Assembly: GCA_964252075.1 (NCBI GenBank)
Contig: CAXULY010000008.1
Location: 1-64,000, forward strand
Direction: 5' to 3'
Origin: an uncultured Deinococcaceae bacterium
GTDB taxonomy: Bacteria > Deinococcota > Deinococci > Deinococcales > Deinococcaceae
DNA length: 64,000 nt
The notes under the pieces are model-generated. The model saw only the letters and a list, made by a program, of their open reading frames with translations. It made no database searches and was not told the origin of the DNA. Made by a program: the position numbers and the translations under genes. Each line of letters starts with the position of its first letter. Position 1 is the first letter of the stretch. Positions 1 to 9,124 of this stretch are shown here, one piece after another.

Positions 1-723
1 CCTAGACGGCGGCCGAGGCACCGCGACCTCCCCGCGCTCCACCTCCCGCGCCAGCTGCGTCGTCTCCGGCAGGGGCTCCACGCCCACTTCGCGGCGGAGC
101 GCCTCCACGCAGCGCTCGTACGCCCGCAGCGCCGCCGGGCGGTCCCCCGTCAGGTAATGCAGGCGCATCAGGCGCCGCCACGCGTCCTCCGACACCGGGT
201 CGAGCTCCAGCAGCCGCGTGGTCGTGCGGATGGCGTCCGTCAGGGCGCCCGCGTCCTCCTGCCGCTGCGCCGCCCGCGTCAGGCGGTCCGCACGCACGTG
301 ATCAACCCGCTCGCGCCACGCCAGCAGCCAGTCCGTCAGGTCCGCCCGATCATCGAACTCCACTCCCTCCAGAAGGGCGCCCACCCACTCCACCTCCACG
401 GCCTCGCCACCCTCGCGCAGCGCCTCGTGCGCGTCCACGCACACGCCATCCGCGAGGCTTACGCGGTCCGCCGCGTGCAGCACCCCCTCGCCGAGCGCCC
501 GCTGGCTGCGGCGCAGCAGGTGCACAAGGTTGTTGCGCGCCGCGCCCTCCGGCGTCTCCGGCCACAGCAGGCCCGCCAGACGCGAGCGCGAGGTGACGCC
601 CTCCAGCGCCAGATACGCCAGCAGCGCCAGCGTGTTGCCTTCCGGCACCAGGGAGAGGCCGTCGGAACGGACCAGCCGGGGCTTGCCGAGCAGCTCCAGC
701 CGCCAGGAGGGCGGGTGTGTCAT
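1..723 (-). CDS. SARP/BTAD (bacterial transcriptional activator domain) regulator, 3' end outside the window
   Basis: Manual translation from ATG 723: MTHPPSWRLELLGKPRL...ALLAYLALEG..SRSRLAGLLWP..AARNNL...LLELDPVSEDAWRRLMRLHYLTGDRPAALRAYERC; TATTCT -10 box 8 nt before ATG. Confidence 0.85.
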   Translation of the reverse strand, partial: MTHPPSWRLELLGKPRLVRSDGLSLVPEGNTLALLAYLALEGVTSRSRLAGLLWPETPEGAARNNLVHLLRRSQRALGEGVLHAADRVSLADGVCVDAHEALREGGEAVEVEWVGALLEGVEFDDRADLTDWLLAWRERVDHVRADRLTRAAQRQEDAGALTDAIRTTTRLLELDPVSEDAWRRLMRLHYLTGDRPAALRAYERCVEALRREVGVEPLPETTQLAREVERGEVAVPRPPSR

Positions 724-1416
724 GCCCCACCAGAATAGCGCAGCATCACGCGACGGACGCCCACTGACACGGCAAGGAGGGCCAGGCGCCAGATGTGCCG
801 CCCTCCTGCTTCCCGGAACGTCCAGGGACGGCGTGCCGCAATCGGAGGCGCACATGAACGCCCGATCCCCAACCAGCCGTGCGCTCCTCCCCTCAGCGTG
901 CCCCTGTCTGATGGCGCAGCGCGGGCGGCAGCCGATTCATCTGGGAAGCAGTGATCTGACGATAGCCAAGCAGTCATCAACATGTCCAGCTTCCGTACTG
1001 AGCCTACATTGCCACCATCCGCTGTCGGCAACTCTGCATAGCCGCGACCGATTGGAGGTGGGCGCTCATCATGGACTTCGGTGGCCGTGAGGGGCGGTTG
1101 CTCAGCAAGCCGACGAGCAGCGGTCAGCCCGTTGGCTTTTCCGTTGAGGCGCCGGGAAGCGGACGCCACACCGCCTGGGACCAGCAGGGACCAGCACCCG
1201 ATGCCCGTGCGCGTCCTTATTCGAGGGCCGCACATCGGCCATATGGAACAGCGGTGACGCCCGCTGAGCCCGCAACATGAAGACCGTGGTACCTGACGCG
1301 GAGGCAATCAGGAGAATCCGCGCAAGCCCGCTTCACCTGATTGAGGAGTGGTGGCAGGGGAGGCAGGCAAGACTGACCGAACACCGGCGACCACCGTGTT
1401 GCCCTCAGGGGGACCC

Positions 1417-1662
1417 ATGACCAGAACACTCGCCACAACTGCCCTCGCCCTCACGCTCCTTTTGGCCCCGGTCACCGCTTCCGCGCAGGACGACACGACG
1501 GCCACCACGGCCACGTCCGCGCCGGAAACCACCACTATTAACCAGAGTGACGGCTTCCCGTGGGGCCTGCTGGGCCTGCTGGGTCTGTTCGGACTCGCGG
1601 GCCTGAGGCGGCGCGATGCGCGCGTCGAGACGATCGGCCCGGCCACCGACGGCCGCCGCTGA
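1417..1662 (+). CDS. Small exported WGxxGxxG-family membrane-anchored protein
   Basis: Signal peptide (..PVTASA|QDD), Thr-rich linker, WGLLGLLGLFGLAGLRRR tail. Confidence 0.8.
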   Translation: MTRTLATTALALTLLLAPVTASAQDDTTATTATSAPETTTINQSDGFPWGLLGLLGLFGLAGLRRRDARVETIGPATDGRR

Positions 1663-2181
1663 TAGAGAGGAGCGGCACGGAGGGCTTAGGGTACGGTGAC
1701 CACGTGCCAGCGGCCCTCCGCGCCAAGCCCGCGAGATCAAGCCGCATCAAGGACATGGTGCAGTCAGGGCCTTGCGCTGATCGCGCAACGCATTCGTGGC
1801 TGGAAGCGCGCCGCGTGTTTTCCAGCGGCGCGCTTTGCTGCTGGTTCTCAGTGCACGATGGACCGTTTTCACCATTGAGGTGGTTTACTTGGCGCTGCGT
1901 GCCGGTCCAGGGTGATCAGCGCCTCCCATGCCGTGATGCTTGTATGGAAGGCACGGCCTGCGTTGCCTCCACCCATGGTCCATGCGGAGTAATGGATTGT
2001 TGTGCCCCGCCTTCAGGTGGGGTGGTGCTCCTGAGGTCCTGAGTGGTGCGTGGCCCGCGTCAGGCACGACAGTGCTGGGCATCTGACGGTTCGTGTGAGG
2101 GTGGGAGGTTAAGGTTGAGCTGGACCGTGAGTTTCGCGTCGCTGGCCCACCGTGTTGCCTTCCCTCCGCCGAGAGGAGCCC

Positions 2182-3282
2182 ATGAAACGACTGCTGACCG
2201 CCGCCCTGCTGTGCCTGACGGCCTGCGCGCCCACCTTCACCACGACGTCCGCGTACACGGCGGCGACTCCCGTGTCGTACGCGCCGCGCGAGGACGCGGT
2301 GCCGTTCACGAATTACGTCGCGATGGGGGACAGCATCACGGCGGGCTTCCAGTCCGGGGGCCTCACGCGCGCCTCGCAGCGCGCCTCGTACGCGCGGCTG
2401 CTGGGCCTGCGCGGCGGCCTGGACGTCGTGATGCCGGAGGTGAACGACCCCGGCTGCCCGCCGCCCGTGAACGCGAAGGGCGAAGTGAACTGCACGCGCC
2501 GCAACCCGCTGCTGAGGACGGCGGACGTGGCGGTGCCCGGCGCGAAAGTCCATGACGTGCTGTTCAGCACGGACACGCAGGTGCAAAACCCCGACTTGCA
2601 GCTGTACGACCCGCGCGTGTACCGCCTGATTCTGGGCGCGGGCACCACGCAGATGGACGCGGCGCTCGCGCGCAAACCGAAGTTCGTGACGTTCTGGCTG
2701 GGCTCGAATGACATCCTGCTGCCCACCCTGCGCGGGCGGCCGGACGAGGCGACGCCACTGGACGCCTTTCGCGCGGATTACGCAGCGGCCCTCGACCGCC
2801 TGGTGGGTGCGGGCGTGGCGCACATCGTGGTGATGACGGTGCCGGACGTGACGCGTGTGCCGGCGCTGCTGCCCGCGCGCCTGCTGCAGGTCACGGGGCT
2901 CGTGGACGCCAGCTGCCAGGGGCAGGACGTGTACTTCGGGAGCGTGGTGGTTGGGCGCGCGACCCGCGAGCGGCCGCTGTCGTGCGCCTCGCCAGAGGCC
3001 CTGACGGGCGAGGAGTTCGGGCAGGCGCAGCGGGTTGTGGAGGCGTACAACGCCGCGATCACGGAGCTCGCTGCGGCGCGGGGCATTCCGGTGTTCGATG
3101 TGAACGCCGTGCTCGCCACGCTGCCGGGCCGCCCCGCGGTCCCCAACCAGCAGCAGCCGTTCGGGCCGTCGTTCAGCCTGGATGGCGTGCACCCCAGCGA
3201 CTTCGCGCACCAGCGGTTCGCGCAGGCGCTCGCGGTGTTCATGAACCAGCAGTTCGGCACGAGCCTCGACACGCAACCCTGA
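2182..3282 (+). CDS. SGNH/GDSL hydrolase lipoprotein
   Basis: Lipobox LTAC, GDSIT block I, GSND block III, DGVHP block V; GAGGAG RBS. Confidence 0.9.
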   Translation: MKRLLTAALLCLTACAPTFTTTSAYTAATPVSYAPREDAVPFTNYVAMGDSITAGFQSGGLTRASQRASYARLLGLRGGLDVVMPEVNDPGCPPPVNAKGEVNCTRRNPLLRTADVAVPGAKVHDVLFSTDTQVQNPDLQLYDPRVYRLILGAGTTQMDAALARKPKFVTFWLGSNDILLPTLRGRPDEATPLDAFRADYAAALDRLVGAGVAHIVVMTVPDVTRVPALLPARLLQVTGLVDASCQGQDVYFGSVVVGRATRERPLSCASPEALTGEEFGQAQRVVEAYNAAITELAAARGIPVFDVNAVLATLPGRPAVPNQQQPFGPSFSLDGVHPSDFAHQRFAQALAVFMNQQFGTSLDTQP

Positions 3283-3352
3283 AGGGTGGGGGCGTGAGGC
3301 CCCTACCCTTGGCACCCATCCAGGCACTTGGTGGCCTTGTGGTCCGCTGCGC

Positions 3353-4687
3353 TTATAGGCCGCTGGGGTAACCCTCCGGCAGTTCGTCCTCTTCCTCCAG
3401 GCCGCTGCTGGCGTCCAGTGGCACGAGCGCGGAGGTGCGGTCGAAGTACAGCAGGGCGTCGTACTCCTCCGCGAGGCGCGTGTGGTAGTAGTGGCTGTGG
3501 CGCTCCGTGCGCGGCGCGTAAATCACCCCGATGAAGCGCTCCAGCCGCTCGGCGCGCAGGCCCGTGAGTTCCGGTCGGTGCAGGTCCAGCCAGCAGCGGT
3601 CCAGGCCCGCCGCGTGCAGCAGCGCCTCGGAACTGCCAGGCAGGCCGGGCCGCACGCGCTTGCGCCGCACGGGGGTGTCCCAGTCGTCCGAGGCGGTCAC
3701 CTCGCCCTCGTGGGTGCTCTGCCCCACGATGAAGGTCTCGTGCGGGTGGCGTTCGCGCATCAGCTGACCCACGTTCACCTGCTGCTGCTTCCAACTGGGC
3801 TCGGTCGCGCGCGCGTCCCCCAGGTGCGAGTTGTGCGCCCACACCACCACCTTCGCCTCCCGCCCCTGCCCCGCGAGGTGCTGCGCGAGCGCGTCAATGG
3901 TGTCCGCCATGTGCGTGTCCCGCAGGTTCCAGGAGTCCGCGCGCCCGTGGAACATCGAGCGGTAGTAGCCCTCGGCGTTCAGCGCGAGGCGCGCATTCTG
4001 CTCCGCGAAGAAGTGCTCGTCCGCGGCGCCCGGTCCGCCGCGCGCGAGTTCGTGCGCGCGGCGCTGCAACTCCAGCAGTTGCTGCACGACGGCGTCCTCG
4101 CACGGCTCCTCCACGCCCCAGGTGGTCGCCATGCCATAGTGCTGCGGGTCCTGCGGCTGGAAGCGGTCGAAGCAGCTGTAGCGCGCCCGCGCGCGCTCGG
4201 CGCCCTCCGGGTCGTTGCGCTCCAGGTACGCGATGACCGCCTGCATGGAGCGGTGCAGGCTGTACAGGTCCATGCCGTAGAAGCCCGCCGTGCGCTGCGC
4301 GTGCTGGTCGTTGAAGTCGCGCAGCCACGCCACGAAGTGCTGCACGTCCTCGTTGCGCCACATCCACTTCGGGTAGCGCTGGAAGTCCTCCAGCGCCGTG
4401 AGGGCGTCCGGGTCGTCCCCCTGGCCGCGCACGAAGCGGTTCACGCGCTGCGCGTCCGGCCAGTCCGCCTCCACCGCCACCGCCGAGAAGCTGCGCTCCT
4501 CGATGAGGCGCCGCGTGAGGCGCGCCCGCTCCCGGTAGAACTCGTGCGTGCCGTGCGACGCCTCCCCGATCAGCACGAAGCGCGCGTCCCCGATGCGCCC
4601 GAGCAGCGCGTCGTCATCGTCCGAGCCGCCCGGCAGGGGCGTGGCCGCGTCGCGGATGGCCTGCAGCAGCGCGCGGTCGTCCGTCAT
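3353..4687 (-). CDS. Erythromycin esterase family protein
   Basis: GEASHGTHEFY, AVEADWPD, WNLRDTHM, VVWAHNSHLGDARAT motifs. Confidence 0.9.
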   Translation of the reverse strand: MTDDRALLQAIRDAATPLPGGSDDDDALLGRIGDARFVLIGEASHGTHEFYRERARLTRRLIEERSFSAVAVEADWPDAQRVNRFVRGQGDDPDALTALEDFQRYPKWMWRNEDVQHFVAWLRDFNDQHAQRTAGFYGMDLYSLHRSMQAVIAYLERNDPEGAERARARYSCFDRFQPQDPQHYGMATTWGVEEPCEDAVVQQLLELQRRAHELARGGPGAADEHFFAEQNARLALNAEGYYRSMFHGRADSWNLRDTHMADTIDALAQHLAGQGREAKVVVWAHNSHLGDARATEPSWKQQQVNVGQLMRERHPHETFIVGQSTHEGEVTASDDWDTPVRRKRVRPGLPGSSEALLHAAGLDRCWLDLHRPELTGLRAERLERFIGVIYAPRTERHSHYYHTRLAEEYDALLYFDRTSALVPLDASSGLEEEDELPEGYPSGL

Positions 4688-5318
4688 GGGCGGGCCTCCC
4701 TGGCCTGCGCGAGCAGGGCGCGCACCTCGTCGTCGCCCGTCTGGTCGAAGCGCGCGTACGCCTGACCGACCGCCCTGAAGTCCAGGGGCGTCACCGCGCA
4801 CACCACGTCGTCCGCGTCGGCACGGAGGGCCGCGCAGGTCTCGGGCGCGCCCACGGGCACCGCCACCACCACGCGCGCGGGCGCGTGCTGCCGCACCGCG
4901 CGCGCATGCTGGCGCCCGTCGCGAGGCCATCATCCACCAGCAGGACCATGCGGTCCCGCAGGTCCAGCGGTGGGAGGCCCGCGCGGTACGCGTCCTCGCG
5001 CCGCCGCAACTCCCGCGCCTCCTGCGCCGTGACCGCCTCGATGCGGGCGTCCGTCACCGCGAAGTGCCGCACCACGTCGTCATTCATCACCCGGCTCCCC
5101 CCGGAGGCCAGCGCCCCCATCGCGAGTTCCTCATGCCCCGGCAGGCCCAGCTTGCGCACCACGAACACGTCCAGCGGCGCGCCGAGCGCCCGCGCGACCT
5201 CATACGCGACGGGCACGCCGCCGCGCGGCAGCGCCAGCACCGTCACGTCCGGCTGGTCCCGGTACGGCGCCAGCAGGCGCGCGAGTTGCCGCCCGGCATC
5301 CTGGCGGTCCTGAAACAT
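4684..5318 (-). pseudogene. Phosphoribosyltransferase (Rv2030c N-terminal-like), frameshifted near 4897-4903
   Basis: [32 protein letters not shown] in one frame; [32 protein letters not shown] continues in another frame. Confidence 0.8.
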
Positions 5319-5421
5319 GCGTCTCCTCCCGTCACTGCCCTGACGCTAGCGGCGCGCCGCGCGCCGCCAGTGCCGGTTCCGGTCAAGCGGAAGTCATCGT
5401 TCTCTCAGGGGGCGCGGCGCT

Positions 5422-6126
5422 TCACGACGCGGTCCGGTGCTGCTGCCCGGTGGCCGCCTCGCGCTCCTGGGTGTTCAGCGGGCCGCGCAGCAGGAAGGTG
5501 AGGCCCACCGCGAGCGCCGCGCCCAGCAGCGGCCCCAGCAGGTGCGGCCAGCTGCGGTCCAGTTCGCCCGCCAGCACGGCGGGCGCCAGGAACCGCGCGG
5601 GGTTCATGGTGACGGGCGACACGCCGTCCGCGAGGAAATGATCGAGCGCCAGCGCCGCGCCCACGACGAGCCCGATGGTGGGCGCGACGGTCGCCTTGCG
5701 GCCCGCCGTGCCGAGGATCACCAGGACCAGCAGCAGCGCGCACGCGGCCTCCAGCGAGAGGGCCCCGCCGGGCGCGAGGTGCTCGGTGGGGTGCGGGAGG
5801 CCGCGCGTCGCCAGGATGACGCCCGCGCCCACGAAGGCGCCCGCGAGTTGAGCGAGCACGTACAGCGGCACGAGGCGCCACGGGAAGCTGCCGCGCAGCG
5901 CGAACGCGAAGGTGACGGCGGGGTTGAAGTGCGCGCCGGACACGTCACTCAGGGTGTAGATGAGGGCCAGCACGGTCAGCGCGGGCGCGAGGGTGAAGGC
6001 CGCGGTGTGGCTCAGCACGCCCGCTTCGGCCAGTCGGTCGGCCCAGAGGCTCGCGAGGGTCAGCAGGGCCGTGCCGATCAGCTCGGCGAGGCCGCGCCGC
6101 AGGGGGGCGGGTGGAGCGTGCGTCAT
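5422..6126 (-). CDS. MIP/aquaporin family channel
   Basis: Two NPA motifs (SGAHFNPAVT, TMNPAR) and hydrophobic helices. Confidence 0.9.
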   Translation of the reverse strand: MTHAPPAPLRRGLAELIGTALLTLASLWADRLAEAGVLSHTAAFTLAPALTVLALIYTLSDVSGAHFNPAVTFAFALRGSFPWRLVPLYVLAQLAGAFVGAGVILATRGLPHPTEHLAPGGALSLEAACALLLVLVILGTAGRKATVAPTIGLVVGAALALDHFLADGVSPVTMNPARFLAPAVLAGELDRSWPHLLGPLLGAALAVGLTFLLRGPLNTQEREAATGQQHRTAS

Positions 6127-6179
6127 GCCTCATGCTAGAGAGCGGGCTGACACGCCGATGACAGAACGCTCATGGTTCT

Positions 6180-7052
6180 TCACGAACGGCCGGGGTGGGG
6201 CGCCGCGCCGCGCGCGGCGTTCACGAGCCACGCCAGGGCCGCCTCGCCCGCGCCCAGCACCGAGACGTGCCCGTCGTCCGGGCGGCGCCACAGCTCCGCC
6301 CCCGCGATGCGCCGCGCCAGCCACGCGCCGTGCGTGGCCGGAACCACGCGGTCCTGCTCGCCGTGCACCAGCAACGTGGGCGCCCGCACCTGCGCGGGGT
6401 CGAACCCCCACGGGCGCACGTACGCGAGGTCGTCGTCAATGAGGGCGGCGGGCCCCGCGGCGAGCGCGGGGTTCACGACCTCCATCACCCACGACCACCC
6501 GCCGGAGAGCGCCGCGTGGTCGGCGGGCGTGAACATCTCCGGGTCGTACGGGGGGTCCGACGCCTCGTACCGCTCCTTCTCCGCGCGGCCCGCGAGCGCC
6601 GCGCGCAGGGACGCCACGCCCGACGGCGACATGCCCGCGAACCAGTCGAGGCCTGGCGCGCCGTACGGCGCGAGGCCTGCCACGCTCACCGCGCCCAGCA
6701 CGCGCTCCGGCAGCAGCGCCGCGCACGCCAGCGCGTGCGGCCCGCCGCCCGAGTGCCCGAACACCGCGAAGCGCCCAACGCCCAGCGCGTCCGCCACGCG
6801 CGCCGCGTCCCCCGCGACGGACGCCACGCGGCGGTCCGGGACGGGCGTGGAGCCGCCGTAGCCCGGGCGGTCGAAGGACACCCAGCGCACGCCCAGCCGC
6901 TCCGCCGCCGCGAACAGCGGGGCGGGCGGCGCGCCGACGTTCGGGGTGCCGTGATGCCAGAGCACCGCGAGCCGGTCCGCCGCGCCCAGGTGGGTGTCGT
7001 ACACATGCAGGCGGCGGCCACCGTCCAGCGTCAGGTCCGTTTCGGTCAGCAC
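6180..7052 (-). CDS. Alpha/beta hydrolase
   Basis: HHGTP, DRPGYGGS, GHSGG nucleophile elbow, HGEQD, DGH. Confidence 0.9.
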   Translation of the reverse strand: MLTETDLTLDGGRRLHVYDTHLGAADRLAVLWHHGTPNVGAPPAPLFAAAERLGVRWVSFDRPGYGGSTPVPDRRVASVAGDAARVADALGVGRFAVFGHSGGGPHALACAALLPERVLGAVSVAGLAPYGAPGLDWFAGMSPSGVASLRAALAGRAEKERYEASDPPYDPEMFTPADHAALSGGWSWVMEVVNPALAAGPAALIDDDLAYVRPWGFDPAQVRAPTLLVHGEQDRVVPATHGAWLARRIAGAELWRRPDDGHVSVLGAGEAALAWLVNAARGAAPHPGRS

Positions 7053-7082
7053 CCGCCCAGTGTACGGGTGCCACTGCGCGCG

Positions 7083-7913
7083 TTAAGCGCCCTGGCCGAG
7101 GTTCTGCGTGAGGCCCCCATCCAGCGTGAAGGTCGCGCCCGTCGCGTACGCGGCGTCGTCACTCGCGAGGTACACCGCGAGGCGCGCGATCTCCCACGGC
7201 TGCCCCGCGCGCTTCAGCGGGATGCTCTGCACCTGCTCGGCGTAAGCCTTCGGGTCGTCCATGGCCTTCTGGTTCATGGGCGTGAGGATCATGCCGGGCG
7301 CGATGTTGTTCACGGTGATGAGGTCCGGCGCGAGTTCCAGCGCGAGCGTCCGCGTGAGGTTGCGCAGGCCGCCCTTCGCGGCGTCGTACGCGGACGCGCC
7401 CGCCCGCGCGATCTCCTCGTGCACGCTCGTCACGTTGATGATGCGCCCCCCGCCGCCCGACGCGCGCCGCCCGCGGATGAAGTGCTGGCAGCAGTAGAAC
7501 GGCCCGAACAGGTTCACGCGCAGCGTGTGCTCCCACGCGTTCGGCTCCACGTCCGCGACGGGCTGCGAGGGGCCACTCTGCCCCGCGTCGTTCACGAGGA
7601 TGTCCGGCACGCCGAACTCCTGGTTCACGCGCGCGAACAGCGCCGCGACGCTCGCCTGCTGCGACTGGTCGAGCTGCACCACGAGCGCGCGGCGGCCCTG
7701 CGCCTCCACCCGCGCGCGCGTGTCCGCGACGCGCTCGGGGTCATTCAGGTACGTGATCACCACGTCCGCGCCCTCGCGCGCGAACTCCTCCGCGATGGCC
7801 TGCCCGATGCCCGACTCGGCGCCCGTCACGACCGCGATGCGGCCCTGCAGGCGACCGGGGCTGGGGTACTCCTGCTTCTCGGGCAGGGGCGTGATCTTCT
7901 GTTCGTCTGGCAT
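7083..7913 (-). CDS. SDR oxidoreductase (glucose 1-dehydrogenase-like)
   Basis: TGAESGIG, SVHE, YDAAK, NNIAPG; start at MPDEQK with AGGAGG RBS. Confidence 0.9.
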   Translation of the reverse strand: MPDEQKITPLPEKQEYPSPGRLQGRIAVVTGAESGIGQAIAEEFAREGADVVITYLNDPERVADTRARVEAQGRRALVVQLDQSQQASVAALFARVNQEFGVPDILVNDAGQSGPSQPVADVEPNAWEHTLRVNLFGPFYCCQHFIRGRRASGGGGRIINVTSVHEEIARAGASAYDAAKGGLRNLTRTLALELAPDLITVNNIAPGMILTPMNQKAMDDPKAYAEQVQSIPLKRAGQPWEIARLAVYLASDDAAYATGATFTLDGGLTQNLGQGA

Positions 7914-8070
7914 GCGTCCTCCTGGGCGCCGCGACCGGCGCGCCTCGCCTCCCAGTGAAGGGCGCGCGCGTGGGCGGCGCATCGCAGGCGGCTCAAGGCC
8001 GCGCTGCGCAACCTTGAGCGTTCCTCCATGCCGCGCCCGGCGGGGTACGCTGGGCGCACGGAGGTCAGGA

Positions 8071-9024
8071 ATGCGCGCAGTGGTGATTGGTGGGACCGGG
8101 CACATCGGCACGTACCTCGTGCCGCGCCTGCTGAGGCTGGGCTTCGAGGTGGTGTCGGTGAGCCGCCAGCGGCGCGAGCCGTATGACGGCGGGCGCGGCT
8201 GGGCGGGCGTGCGGCAGGTGAACCTCGACCGCGCGGAGGCGGAGGCCGCCGGGGAGTTCGGGTCCGCGATCCTGGCCCTCATGCCGGACGTGGTGATTGA
8301 CCTGATCTGCTTCACGCCCGAGAGCAACCGGCAGCTCATGGAGGCGCTGCGCGGGCAGGTGCAGCACTTCCTGCACTGCGGGACCATCTGGGTGCACGGG
8401 CACAGCGTGGAGGTGCCCGCCACGGAGGCCGAGCCGCGCCGCCCCTTCGGGGAGTACGGCGTGCACAAGGCCGCCATCGAGCGGGACTTGCTGCGCGAGG
8501 CGCGCACGCGCGGCTTCCCCGCCACCGCTCTGCACCCCGGGCACATCGTGGGGCCCGGCTGGGCGCCCCTGAACCCCGCGGGGCACTTCGACCCGCAGGT
8601 GTTCACGACCCTCGCGCGCGGTGAGCCGCTGGCCCTCCCGAACTTCGGGCTGGAGACCGTGCATCACGTGCACGCGGACGACGTCGCGCAGGCCTTCGAG
8701 CGCGCCCTCACGCACTGGGGCGCGGCGGTGGGGGAGGCCTTCCACGTGGTGTCGCCCGCCGCGCTCACCCTGCGCGGGTACGCGGAGGCCGTCGCGCGCT
8801 GGTTCGGGCGGGAGGCGCAGCTGAGCTTCGCGCCGTTCGAGGCGTGGCGGGCGGGCGTGCCGGAGAGGGACGCGCAGGCCACCTGGGAGCACATCGCGCG
8901 CAGCCCGAACTGCAGCATCCAGAAGGCGCGGGAGGCGCTCGGGTACGCGCCGCGGTACTCGTCGCTGCAGGGCGTGCGGGAATCCGTGGACGCCCTCATC
9001 GCGGGCGGCGTGGTGACGCCCTGA
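8071..9024 (+). CDS. NAD-dependent epimerase/dehydratase family protein
   Basis: MRAVVIGGTGHIG, YGVHK. Confidence 0.88.
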   Translation: MRAVVIGGTGHIGTYLVPRLLRLGFEVVSVSRQRREPYDGGRGWAGVRQVNLDRAEAEAAGEFGSAILALMPDVVIDLICFTPESNRQLMEALRGQVQHFLHCGTIWVHGHSVEVPATEAEPRRPFGEYGVHKAAIERDLLREARTRGFPATALHPGHIVGPGWAPLNPAGHFDPQVFTTLARGEPLALPNFGLETVHHVHADDVAQAFERALTHWGAAVGEAFHVVSPAALTLRGYAEAVARWFGREAQLSFAPFEAWRAGVPERDAQATWEHIARSPNCSIQKAREALGYAPRYSSLQGVRESVDALIAGGVVTP

Positions 9025-9124
9025 GGGGCGCGGGTGGGGCATGCCCCACCCGCGCCCTATCACTCCGGGTGGGTTCCGGCAAGCGCCACCATTGCGCGGC
9101 GCGGGGCGCGCCACACTCAAGGGC

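Noticed and set aside
3353..4933. Read-through PRTase-esterase fusion suggested by the 526-aa ORF
   Set aside because: The N-terminal extension is a non-coding frame of the PRTase; the esterase has its own GGAGG RBS and ATG at 4687
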